NCBI RefSeq assembly: GCF_006345805.1
Contig: NC_043022.1
Location: forward strand, 11,470,001-11,534,000
Source of the DNA: Octopus sinensis
Taxonomy: Eukaryota
Direction: 5' to 3'
Length of the DNA: 64,000 bases
The translations under genes were made by a program, and so were the position numbers. Shown piece after piece: positions 26,001 to 39,885 of the stretch (positions are counted from its first letter, which is position 1; each line of letters opens with the position of its first letter). The notes under the pieces were generated by a model that saw only the letters and a list, made by a program, of their open reading frames with translations, did no database searches and was not told the origin of the DNA.

Positions 26001-29000
26001 AGACAAGGGCATGCATTGCACTAAGCCACAAAGGCATACACACGCACTAGTGTAGTGCATCAATCGGTCATAGTTTGGTATGATTTAACCAACTCAGATT
26101 GAGGCAATAAGGTCAGTCAGTTAGAATAAGTGAGTTACAAATGGTCTGAATCAGCCAGGATTGGATTGACACTATAAAACAAATGATGCATATTATTGTG
26201 ATACTATGAACTGAAGTAAAACCTTTCTCCTAAGCGCCAGGCTCCAAATCATCTTTGAGAATACCTGTCTACAACGTCATGAGTCAATCCAAAACATAAC
26301 AGATGACTGTGTCTGTTAATGTTTACAGTGTAGTATTATTTGCATACTGGGCAAGATGCTTGGTGGCATTTTGTTCATCTCTATGTTCTGAGTTCAAATT
26401 TCAGCAAGGTTGACTTTGCTTATCATCCTTTTAGGGTTGATAAAATAAGTACAAATTGAGCACTGGGGTTAATTTAATTGACTTGGCACCTCCCCCAAAC
26501 CTCCTGGCCTTGTGCTAAAATTTGATACCAATATTTACAGTGTAGTAGATGGAAAGAATCAGCAAAGTGGGGGACAAAATTCCTTGTATTATTTAGTTGC
26601 ATGCTTTTATACTCTGAATTCAAATCAGACTGGATTGACTTTGCCCTTCAACCTCCTTGTAGGGCTCTATAAAATAAATACTAGTTGAATAATTGGATCA
26701 AAGTAGTTGCCTAGACTCGTCTTTCATCTTTGAGACTTATCACATACGTTAGAAATCAATAATTGCATGGATTGTCCAGAGATAGTTTCAACTAAGTCAC
26801 TTGTTACCATCATCTTATCTTTTTCTAGATGTCCGTCCAACTGCACGCATTGAGCCAGACAGAATGGTTACCATCCCTCAAGGTACTACCGGCACCCTAC
26901 GGTGTATTGTGACTGGAAGCCCATTACCAACAGTCATATGGACCAAATCAAGAAATCAGTTGTCAGACCACCACCAGGTTAATATTTTTTTTATAAAAAA
27001 AACAAATTTTCTTTTGAAACAAATCCTGGAGTCAATGTAATCAAGTAAAACTCTCAGAGCTGCCGCCCAACCATGGCCATTGTTCAATGACTGAAACAAG
27101 TAATAATAAATTGATCCAAGCGTCCTTAACTTGATTAGGCTAAAAAAAAAATCACTAAAATAGAAAGGAATGCTAGTGTAATGGTGACCTGGTGACCTGA
27201 AACAGGAATATCTTTAAGTAATCAAGATATTTGAATGATAAAGTTCCATGCTATGTTGACTAAGAGTCATAAAGCAGTTACTGTGTTCAAATAACCAAAA
27301 TTTAGTACCAAAAATCAAAATTATGTTGACTGAAGAACTCAGTTGCTGGAACTATCAAGATATAAAAAAAAAACAAAGTAAACTTTGCACTGATTCATGT
27401 AGGATTATACTGAAATGTCATATAACAGTTAAATGTCAAAGGTTTCTTTGATTCAGCAACCTAAGTAGGATTCTTTATCTTCCTTTTATTTTTTAATTGT
27501 TTCAGTCATTGGACTGCGACCATACTGGAGCATCACTTTCAAAGGTTTAGTTGAACTAAATGACCCCACTACTTATCTTTAAACCTGGTACTTATCCTGT
27601 CAGTCTCTTTTGCTGAACCGCTAAATTATGGACATAAACAAAACAACACCAATAGTCAGTCAGTGATGGGGACACAGATACAATGACACACACACATCAT
27701 CCTCATTTAACGTCCGCTTTCCATGCTAGCATGGGTTGGACGGTTCAACTGGAGTCTGGGGAGCCCGAAGGCTGCACCAGGCCAGACAGATCTGGCAGTG
27801 TTTCTACAGCTGGATGCCCTTCCTAACGCCAACCACTCCGAGAGTGTAGTGGGTGATTTTATGTGCCACCGACACAGGTGCCAGACGAGGCTGGCGAACG
27901 GCCACGCTCAGATGGTGTTTTTTTTTTTCTTTTTTTTTTAATGTGCCACCGACACAGGTGCCAGACGAGGCTGGCAGACGGCCACGCTCGGATGGTGTTT
28001 TTATGTGCCACCAACACAAGTGCCAGATGAGGCTGGCGAACGGCCACGATCGGATGGTGTTTGTTACGTGCCCACAGCACGGAGGCCAGTCGATGCGGTA
28101 CTGGCTACGGCCACGTTCGGATGGTTTTCTTGTGTGCCACCAGCACTGGTACCACAAAGATACAAATTCCATTGATGTTCATCTATTTTGATTTGGTTTG
28201 ATTTTCACTTGCCTCAACAGGTCTTCACAAGTGTCACATACTTGCCTCAACAGGTCTTCACAAGTGTCATAAGAAGGAAGGTATGCACAGGTAGACTGAC
28301 TACGTCCCAGGTAAGGGCCACGGGTTATGGCCTGACTAGCCTTGCCGGGTCTTTGGATGGTGTTTTTATGTGCCACCAACACAGGTGCCAGATGAGGCTG
28401 GCGAACGGCCACAATCGGATGGTGTTTGTTACGTGCCCACAGCACGATGTGGTACTGGCTACCGCCACGTTCGGATGGTTTTCTTGTGTGCCACCGGCAT
28501 TGGTACCACAAAGATACAAATTCCATTGATGTTCATCTATTTTGATTTGTTTTGATTGGATTTGATTATGATTATGATTATGATTATGATTATTATTATT
28601 ATTATTATCACTTGCCTCAACAGGTCTTCACAAGTGTCATTTGATTTGATTAGATTAGCACTTGCCTCAACAGGTCTTCAAAAGTGTCATTTGATTTGAT
28701 TAGCACTTGCCTCAACAGGTCTTCACAAGTTTCATAAGAAGGAAGGTATGCACAGGTGGACTGACTACGTCCCAGGAAGGGGCCACGGGCTATGGCCTGA
28801 CTAGTCTTGCCGGGTCTTCGGACAGGTGCCAGATGAGGCTGGCGAACGGCCACGATCGGATGGCGTTTGTTATGTGCCCACAGCACGGAGGCCAGTCGAT
28901 GCGGTACTGGCTACAGCCACGTTCGAATGGTTTTCTTGTGTGCCACCGGCACTGGTACCACAGAGATACAGATTCCATTGATGTTCGTTTGTTTTGATTT

Positions 29001-31713
29001 TTTGATTTGTTGATTTGTTGATTTTCACTTGCCTTAACAGGTCTTCACAAGTGTCACAAGAAGGAAGGTATGCACAGGTGGACTCCCAGGTAGGGGCCAC
29101 CACGATCGGATGGTGTTTGTTATGTGCCCACATCACAGAGGCCAGTCGATGCGGTGCTGGCTACAGCCACGTTCGGATGGTTTTCTTGTGTGCCACCGGT
29201 ACTGGTACCACAGAGATACAAATTCCATTGATGTTCATCTATTTTGATTTGGTTTGATTTGATTTTCACTTGCCTCAACAGGTCTTCACAAGTGTCACAC
29301 ACTTGCCTCAACAAGTGTCACACTTGCCTCAACAGGTCTTCACAAGTGTCATAAGAAGGAAGGTATGCACAGGTGGACTGACTACGTCGCCGGGTCTTCG
29401 GATGGTGTTTTTATGTGCCACCGACACAGGTGCCAGATGAGGCTGGCGAACGGCCACGATCAGATGGTGTTTGTTGTGCCCACAGCACGGAGGCCAGTCG
29501 ATGCGGTACTGGCTACGGCCACGTTCGGATGGTTTTCTTGTGTGCCACGGGTACTGGAACGACAAAGATACAAATTCCATTGATGTTCATCTATTTTGAT
29601 TTGGTTTGATTTTCACTTGCCTCAACAGGTCTTCACAAGTGTCACACGTGTCACACACTTGCCTCAACAGGTCTCCACAAGTGTCACACACTTGCCTCTG
29701 CCTCAACAGGTCTTCACAAAGTGTCACACACTTGCCTCTGCCTCAACAGGTCTTCACAAGTGTCACACACTTGCCTCAACAGGTCTTCACAAGTGTCATA
29801 AGAGGGAAGGTATGCACAGGTGGACTGACTACGCCGCCGGGTCTTCGGATGGTGTTTTTATGTGCCACCGACACAGGTGCCAGATGAGGCTGGCGAACGG
29901 CCACGATCGGATGGTGTTTGTTGTGCCCACAGCACGGAGGCCAGTCGATGCGGTACTGGCTACGGCCACGTTCGGGTGGTTTTCTTGTGTGCCACCGGCA
30001 CTGGTACCACAAAGAATACAAGATTTGATTTTCACTTGCCTCAACAGGTCTTCATAAGTGTCACAAGAAGGAAGGTATGCACAGGTGGACTGACTACGTC
30101 CCAGGTAGGGGCCACGAGTTATGGCCTGACTAGTCTTGCCGGGTCTTCTCACACACAGCATACTTCCATAGGTCTCGGTCTCTAGACATTTCCTTAGTGA
30201 GACCTAAAGTTCGAAGGTCGTGCTTCACCACCTCGTCCCAGGTTTTCCTGGGTCTACCTCTTCCACAGATTCCCTCAACTGCTAGGGTGTAGCACTTTTG
30301 CACACAACTATCTTCAGCCTTTCTCATCACATGACCATACCAGCGCAGCCGTCTCTCTTGCACACCACAACTGACGCTTCTTAGGTTCAACTTTTCTCTC
30401 AAGGAACTTACACTCTGACGATTATGAACACTGACATTACACATCCATCGGAGCATACTGGCTTCATTTCTTGCGAGCTTACGCATATCCTCAGCAGTCA
30501 CGGCCCATGTTTCACTACCATGTAGCATGGCTGTACGTACACATGCATCATACAGTCTGCCTTTTACTCTGAGCGAGAGGCCTTTTGTCACCAGCAGGGG
30601 TAAGAGCTCTCTAAACTTTGCCCAGGCTATTCTTACTCTAGCAGTTACACTTTCAGCACACCCACCCCCGCTACTGACTTGGTCTCCTAGGTAGCGGAAG
30701 CTATCAACTACTTCTAGTTTGTCTCCCTGGAACATGGCAGAAGTTGGTCTCTGCACATTTCCAGTGTTTATTGCTCCTGAGCATTTGCCACAGACAAAAA
30801 CTATTTTCCTAGTTAGCCTTCATATATATATATATGTGTGTGTGTATGTCTGTATGGCAGGCTTCTTTCAGTTTCCATCTATCAACTCCACTCTCAAGGC
30901 TTTAGTTGGCCCAAGGCTCACACATTGGGGCCTAATCCAGATTCATGTGATTGGGAAGCAAGTTTCTTACCATACAGCCATACCATATAACTGGAAAAGA
31001 CAAGGATGACAAAACAGGGTTACGCAAAACCAGTAGCTCAAGCTGGATTAATATATAAAAATCTACAAAGGTTATTGTGGCAAAGATACCAGATTAGAAT
31101 TTTACTAAAACTTTCAAGACACAACATTAGCAATGTTCCTCCACTTCTTTGATAACTACATTGCTGATTCTCTAAATTCTATACTTCTTTCTTTTTTACA
31201 AGGTTTCGGGCAATGTTCTAAGAATCACAGAAACGATGGTTGAAGACCGTGGAATCTATGTTTGTGAGGCCAGAAATGTCGCTGGTTCTGCTCAGGCATC
31301 AGTGATTGTTGAAGTTGAAAGTAAGAGCCTTTAATTTGTTTTCTGCTTGATCTTCTAGCATTTTTGCTTAAGTGGTGGTATACATCATTGCTTTGATTTC
31401 ACTTCATGGATAACCTTAATCAGTTGTTCTCTTTTTCTTTCTATTATTATTTTGCTTTGTTAATCTTAACTGAAACCTTGTACTTTTATCTTTGTAGGGA
31501 GAGAATTGCCTGTGATAGACCTTTATCCAAAAGGAACCCAGAGCATTCAGAGTGGTGGTAGTGCACTATTCCAATGTAGAGCAACAGCTGGAATTCCCTC
31601 ACCAACAATCACCTGGAAACGGTAAGACCTTAGAGATAACTAGCCAACTGGAATTTTAAAAATCATTGAAGTGTGTGTGTGTATGTGTGTGTGTGTATGT
31701 GTGTGTGTATATG

Positions 31714-31751
<38 letters not shown>

Positions 31752-33005
31752 CACATATCTATCTATCTATCATCTATCTACCTATATATATATATAATGA
31801 GAATTCACAAAATAAAACAACAAAAGACGAAGACGGGTGTGTAAACAACAAACAGATGTATTAGTTTAACACTCAGAAAGTGAGAAAGTCTTTTACGTTT
31901 TGAGCCTATGCTCTTTGACAGAAAGGAACACAGAAATAAGCAGAGAGAGAAAATAAAAAAGGTTTAGTGACTAGTGATGTATCATGGCGAATATTAGACA
32001 GAGGGGTGACACAGGAGAGCTAGGAAGAAAGGGAGATAATAAAGTAGTAGTGATCCCAAAATGAAGGTGTGCATGTGGAAAGGGGCTGGTGACCTTGACA
32101 TGTGCGTGTGTGCATGTGTAGGTGTGTGGATGATGGTGTGGGTACTGGGAAGTGGTCAGTGCTGGTGTGTGTGGGGTGTAAGGAATGGGGTAGGTGGGGT
32201 AACAAAAGAGGGGGTGGCGATGAAGGGAGAAGGTAGGTAGGAGTGAAGAGAGGAAGTAAGTGTCAGAGCAAGAGAGGGGAGGTAAGTGGGTTACCAAATT
32301 ATCAGTTTGGTCTCCCGGCTAAAACAGTAATGATAAATTTTAAAGTTTGCTTAACATTTTATAAGTGCGAAAGGGATTAAAATTTTGATAGACCATATCA
32401 AAAGTTCACACAAAAATAGGTAGAAAATCAGAGCTTGAGACAAGAAGACACTTTCGACCAATCAGAATTCTGTTTACATAATCAGTTTGATCGGTCACCT
32501 TCCTCTGTCGGTTGAGTAAAGTGTCATCCAAGCTGATGTTGGTTGGTAATTAAACTTATTTTGCAACACTTGTGCGTATTTATCAGCTTTGTTTTTGTTG
32601 GTAATTCTTATCAACAACTTTTCCTGTGATCGTGATTTGAGAAGACATACAGAAGTATGCTAAAGATCGGACATAATCTCTTGTGGGCAAGAAATGTAAA
32701 ATAAAGTTTATTATACACAAACACTTTGTAATTTGATAGCTTTCAAAGTGATACCTGTTAAACAGAAATTATTTGTATTTAATGAAAATTTAATAAAATC
32801 TAAACATAAGTGAATGAAATTATGCTAAATACAACTAAATTGAAAAATTTTTTTCTCCCTGGCTATATCAGCAATTCTGAAAACTTTTGGGTGCAAATTT
32901 TACATGAGTAGAAACTTTTTTTAACAATTTTTACCCTGAAGATCACCTGCTTAAATAACACAGGTGTGCAAATTACATGAGTTTTTATGGTATATATGTA
33001 TGTAT

Positions 33006-33065
<60 letters not shown>

Positions 33066-36000
33066 CTATTTAACTGTGTGTATTCTTGTTTTGTACTTAT
33101 ATTATTGTAATTATCAAAGGTCTATGTTATCTAATTCAATTGGAATATCTATATTTTCTTTTACTTTGAAGGGTTGGTGATGAGCCTATGACCAGAAATG
33201 CCCAAATTGCTGAAAATGGTGTCATCCGATTTACTCAAGTATCCACACTTGATCAAGGAGGATATATATGTACTGCTACCAATGCTGTTGGTACTGTCAC
33301 TGCTACAGCTACACTTTTGATTAGCGGTCAGTAAAAGCTATCACTACTTAATGCAATATTGTTGTCGTTATGTGTGTTATAATGTTGATGGAAAACGCTC
33401 TGTCAAGCCGGTACAAGTAAATTTGGAATATGTTCTCATGTTATATTATATTATAATAGTGCCACCGGCACTGGTTTGCCAGCCCCGTCTGGCACGTAAA
33501 AAGCACCCACTACACTCACGGAGTGGTTGGCATTAGGAAGGGCATCCAGCCGTAGAAACATTGCCAGATCAGACTGGGCCTGGTGCAGCCTTCTGGCTTC
33601 CCAGACCCCAGTTGAACCGTCCAACCCATGATAGCATGGAAAGCGGACGCTAAATGATGATGATGATGATGATGATGATTACAATAATGAAGCAATACCT
33701 GCACTTTTGGTATGGTCCAACCTAAAATAAATTCTCCCTACTGTTGAGTTGATGGTTTCTTGGGAAAGAAATATGGAATAGGTATATGAAAGGAAAGGCC
33801 TAAAATATAAAATATATATATAAATAATCTTATGAAGTATGAGAACAACAGTACACAATGCTTCAAATTGAGGTGGGATGTTGTGGATTTGCAGCTAAAT
33901 CCACTTGAACAGTGATTTATGAACTTGAGAGAAAAGCATTAAATGAATTGCCATGAATATGACAGAGGCATGCATGAAAAAGACAAATGCTGAGAGAAAA
34001 AAAGAGAAATCTTCAGTAATTCCTCATAATCATTATCATCATTTAAATGCTCATGTTTTTTCATGCTTGCATGGGTCAGATGGAATTTGCTGAGGCATAT
34101 ATTCAATAGCTGGACACTCTTCCTGTGGCTAACTCCCATTTGTTTCCTAGCAAGATACTACATCCCCCATGGAAGATTGGAAATGAATGATACTGCTTCT
34201 ATGACTGGTATCACTCATAGCTATCATGCAATGTCCAAGACAAGGCAGCACATACACACACCCACAAGCACAAACATATATATGAAAGAAAGAGAGATCC
34301 TAGTTTACAAAATATGTAGTTTCACTTGGTGGATTATATTTCAAATTGTTGTATCTTGATTCAGACCACTTCACACTGACGTCAGTATACATTATAGACA
34401 GAATCCAGCTGCTATGAATTCACATAATTTACAGTTTATATACTCTATGCACAATTTTATAGACTTAATACACAGCACTCACAAAATAATTATTCACTCT
34501 TACTTTTTCATTTTTCCTATAAACAAACCAAAAATATACCATCTATATGATACGTCCTTTAGTTAGATTACACATATCTGCCATGTAAATAAGCATGAAT
34601 ATTTCATGGAATTTCACATAGGGACATGCATTAAGTGATAGGTGACATAAAAAACAGTTCAATTAAAAAAAAAAAATACACTTTTCACTATTCAGTAATC
34701 ACTACCATCACCACCATCATCTCTCTTCCTCCTCTTCTTCCTCTCTCTCTCTCCCCCTTTCTGTGTTTTTCTTTAACCTCATCATCTGCTAAAATTATAT
34801 TTTTAACTCTCCTCCTTTGCCTTTAACTAACTCTTTTAACCACATAATAAATATTACACTGCCCCTATCTCACATCATGGATGCTTTGCTCTCCCTCTTT
34901 CTGTCTCACTCTTCACCTTATCCTCTTTTTCTTTCTCCCTTTTTTTCTCTAATCACATGAAAGCACAACCAAGGGGCTAAGTAATGCAATGACAAGCAGA
35001 ATTATTATAAGATATCTGTCTTAGGCTGAAAGGAGTTCCATGCTGTATAACCATACCTTCAGATTACTCTGAATGATGAATTAACAGGTGGTAGCTAACA
35101 AAAAGGAGCATAAGAGCTTTTAAGGGTGCTTTCTGAGGCTTTTGCCCTAACAAAATTAAATGTATCCACACACAAAAATAAGTCAGTTTTAGGCAACCAT
35201 ATTCAATGTAGTGAGGTAAAAAAAATCCTCATTAATTAATAATGTTCACCAGATGAAGAGAAGGAAACTTAGCTTAAAGATTAGTATTATTTTAATCTAC
35301 TCTTGAAAGATAGTCAGTTTCATTGTTTAAACTGATTAATTATAAAAGTTGTGAAAGGTTTGCATATTAAGACGTTTTTTTTATTATTTTAGTAAACATG
35401 CTTTTTGTACCTTTGTATTCAAAATTACAGTTTAATAAATCTAATCTTTAACCAAAACATAACTAATATTTGAAAAAGATTTTAAATTTTCTTTTAAAGC
35501 TGCTTGTTAAAATGAAATTGATGAAAGGGTTGTATACTGTATGTATATTTGTGTAGGTTATTATGTCCGTATATTCTTGTGTGCAATGCATACTATATGT
35601 ATTTATACATACATGTGTATATTTTATGTATATTCCAGGCCCACCAAAGATTACAGTCACTCCAAGGGGTCCAATACGTGTCAGGGAAGGAGAACGCGTC
35701 ACTGTTGAATGTGCAGCTGAAGGAGATCCACGCCCAAATGTCTACTGGGCTCAACAACCGAGTTATGATGTCAACAGAAGCCCAGGAACAGTCCAGCATG
35801 TTGCTGTATTGGAGATCAACCAAGCCAAACTTTCTGATTCTAGGCATTATGTGTGTGTGGCTGAGAACAGTGGAGGAAGAGCTGAAGAAAGGATTCAAGT
35901 TATAGGTGAGTTACAGGGCACAATTTTTATTTCAAGAAGGATAATTAAATGCGCTCAAGATCAGAAATATTTTGTGTATGCACACACACATTTGTGTCTG

Positions 36001-39000
36001 TGTGTGTATGTATAAGTGTGTGTGTGTGTGTGTGTAAGAGAGACTTTTCTTAATATAACTTGTTTAGTTTTGCCTTCTTTCTTTCTTCAAGCTCCAAAAT
36101 CTTTATCATATCTCATCTCCAAACCCTGTACTAGGCATTTAGTGAAATCCTTTTTCTCTATATATTGACTTCTGTTCCTTCTTGGAAGACATCTTTTTCT
36201 CTTTGTTCCCTTGAGTTAGAGACCTTCAAGTAAACCTCAAAAACTGCAGCATTTATAGATTTCAGTTTTGCTTTTGTGTATATGATAGTTGTTTGTGGCC
36301 TTGTGTCTGTATTATTAACGATTATTATCATTATTATTATAGTTGAAAGAAATGATGTCATCACACCACCAGAGGATAATATTCTCAGAGTAACTGAAGG
36401 TAAAAACGTCATTGTGAAATGTGAATCTCAAAGTAAGTTACTTACCCTGACTCTTTTTATTTCTTTTGACAAGATTTTTACTGTCTTATTCTTTTTCTGT
36501 TAATCTTTGCAAAATCAATGAGGATCTAACCCTGTAGTGGAGAACATCCCTGATCCAATATGAGCACAGGCAACATATTTTCTTTGTTCATATTTGAAAC
36601 CACTTTGACCCTTAATCTACAGACATCATCTTATGATGTTTATTTAGAGAACAGTAGTCATCATCAACCAGGGTTTCAAAAATTTTACATGGGTTCAGCT
36701 GCCATTAGAGGAAAGTAAATATTTTACAGTACTTTTCAATAATGAGACTGTAAATCTTATTATACCAGAGACTAACAATTATAGTATTTGAAAATAAGTA
36801 TAAAAATTACTCTTAGAAAATATCTTTTGTTTATTTCCCATTTGGAAAAACAAAACGTTTATGCAACTCTTCTCATACTGTTTAAGGGCTAAAAGCACAT
36901 ATGAAAAAAGACAGCTGCTTTAAGTTTCAATACCAGAAGAGTTATTTAATATGAACCACACAATTATGAATTTGTAAGAAAAAGATACATTATTTTTCTC
37001 AGTACAGGTTCTTACTTGAAATTTGTCCTGGTATTCATTCCTCACCTCAGATCTATGAAATATCAGATTTAATGGTGCTGCTTGACTTTTCCTTAAATAG
37101 ACATAAACAGTGAAAGCAAGAGATGATTTCAGGCATGTTGATGTTGAAAGTGTTAAGTGAAAAGTAAAATTTCAAATACAAAAATTACATCATATTACAA
37201 ATAAATTACTAATAGCCTCTTTACAGAGAATGACATCTGCGTCATGTCACAAAAATATTAGCGAGTACCAATGTGAAGGAACAATAAATGTGTATTCAAA
37301 ATATATTACAGAGCAATAGTTGCCGAGTTAGTGGCTTTAGACTTAAAGTAATGAAAAAAGAAAAAGATTGTCTAGTTATTTAATATTATTTATGCAGTGA
37401 GAAGAAATAAAATCCTAACTCATTGACCTAAAATAGTTTAATCTGATTTTAGTAAGTATCAGTGACAACTCTGGACATGTTTCATTCTTATTAAACCACT
37501 TCAGTGAAAAATAGCCTGTTCTATTTACTTGCCATATTTGTGATAGGAGCATCATTATGTCCATCTATAATAATTTATTAGAGAAGAAATCAAGCATTAT
37601 CATGATTGAGGGAAATTATTTAGGGATGCCATCCACACACAAAAATAACAGTCAGTTTTAGGCAACCATATTCAATGTAGTGAGATAAAAAAAATCCTCA
37701 TTAATTAATAATGTTCATCGGATGAAGAGAAGGAAACTTAGCTTAAAGATTAGTATTATTTATTTCATTGTTTAAACTGATTAATTATAAAAGTTGTGAA
37801 AGGTTTGCATCTTAAGACGTTTTTTTTTTAATTAGTAAACATGCTTTTTGTACCTTTGTATTCAAAATTACAGTTTAATAAATCTAATCTTTAACCAAAA
37901 CATAACTAATATTTGAAAAGAAATTGATGAAAGGGTTATCTCCTTCAGAGACAACAATAATGTCATACACTACTTGTAAAAATAACGAACAAAACATGTC
38001 TTGGTTTTATCTACAAACATATAAATTGACAAACCTACTGTTTTATATGTACTGATTGTTAAAACACTAACGAGCTCTTGATCTTTCAGATTTTGGTGGC
38101 TCTAGGGTCACTTGGAGAAGACGAAATGGTCCTCTTCCACCTGGACACACTACATCTAATGGAACACTCACCATTCCAAAGATTACCAAGGACTTTGAAG
38201 GCGAATATATCTGTCAGACCAGCACCGCCGAGGGCGTGTTTTCAATTAGTTTCATGATTATTGTTTCATGTAAGACATTTCAGTGTATTCTACCTGTAAT
38301 TGACCAGATCATTGATGATAACGATAATAATTTTCACACACTCTATACAATAGGCATCTAATAATCTAAAACAACTCAAATTACGCAACATATATACTAT
38401 ATAAGATTAAGGTCCAATAAAACATTTACACACACCACATACAACACAGTGCACGCTAATATAACAAGAAACTAAATCTCATAACAAAACAATTTGCTGC
38501 AGTACGCCAGCAGGAAGAGACTACACCCTGAAAGGATGACAAGCAAGATCAACTTTGGCTGCATTTGAACTCAGAACATAAGACAGACGAAATGCTATTA
38601 AGCATTTTGCCTGGTGTGCTAATGATTCTGCCAACTCACCACACTAGTAGTAATAATAATAATGTTGTTTTGTTTGACTGTTTAGTTCTTTGGTTCAGAG
38701 ACTCATTTCATCCCTATTTTGGTTTCATCAAGAATGACACTTCTTATTCACGTTAGCAAAGGAATCAAGAAATACCTCCTCCCCCCCCTCTATTAAAAAA
38801 GAGAAAAAGAATATACACACAGTCTCTATCTTTTACTCCCTTTACTAACTTGAATAAGAGTTTTTACTCATGATGGAACCAATATAGTCTGGACAAATCT
38901 TTGAATTGAAGCATATATTACATTTAAACTGGCCATATCCAGTTAAAATATTCTACCTGTTTCGTGTTCAAAGTGGCTGGATCTGGTCTCTCACATCTAC

Positions 39001-39422
39001 CCTACAGCATCATTTTGAAATTAAACAATCACATCATTGAAACTTATGAGATAATGCATAATTATTTCAAAATAATGTGAATAAAGAATCATTACATTTG
39101 AGAGTGATCTGAATACTAAAGGGTTAAATGACATGCAAGGTCACTGGTGACATCAGTTTCATTAGCCAGAACTTATCAGGCAATGAAATAGAGAAGTCAC
39201 CGTCTGGAATAAATATGAGATGGGGTGGGATGGGGTGAGGACTGAATAATAGAAGAGTGCCAAACTGAAAAGGGTATGCAAATAAGAATGTGTAAGAGTA
39301 GAAACTGATAAACAACATTAAATATGCAAGCAGACATTTATGTAGGAAGAACATAGACATAGACATACACACAATCATGTAAAAACCTGATTTGCTTGGG
39401 AAAGACTTTTGATCTTTATACA

Positions 39423-39455
<33 letters not shown>

Positions 39456-39835
39456 AAGAATGGGGAAACTCACCTCTTTAATTGATTATTACTCCATATA
39501 TTACCAACGATTGTTTCTATTGTGCCACCATATTTAGATACAAAAAAAAATATCTGAATATGTTTGCACAACGGGAAACAACCATCGGCAATGTATGATG
39601 TAATCACCAACTGAAGAGGCGAGTTTCTCTATTTTTATTCTTGTTTTATACTCCAAATTTCTTGCAATTCTTCTAAACAATATTTGGATTTACTTGTTAT
39701 ACATGAAGAATTATCTTGGATGTTTATTCTACATGCATTTATTGGTATCTGATCGTTTGATACAGTTAACCAACTTCATTTAACACTGAGTGCTTTATAG
39801 ATAACTGCCTGGATTTATTAATCTCTTTTACTTCT

Positions 39836-39885
<50 letters not shown>

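Noticed and set aside
28200-30065. CRISPR-like array of hairpin 28-mers
   Set aside because: Spacing is irregular, intervening sequences are themselves repeated, there are no cas genes, and it is contiguous with an RTE ORF in a eukaryotic intron.
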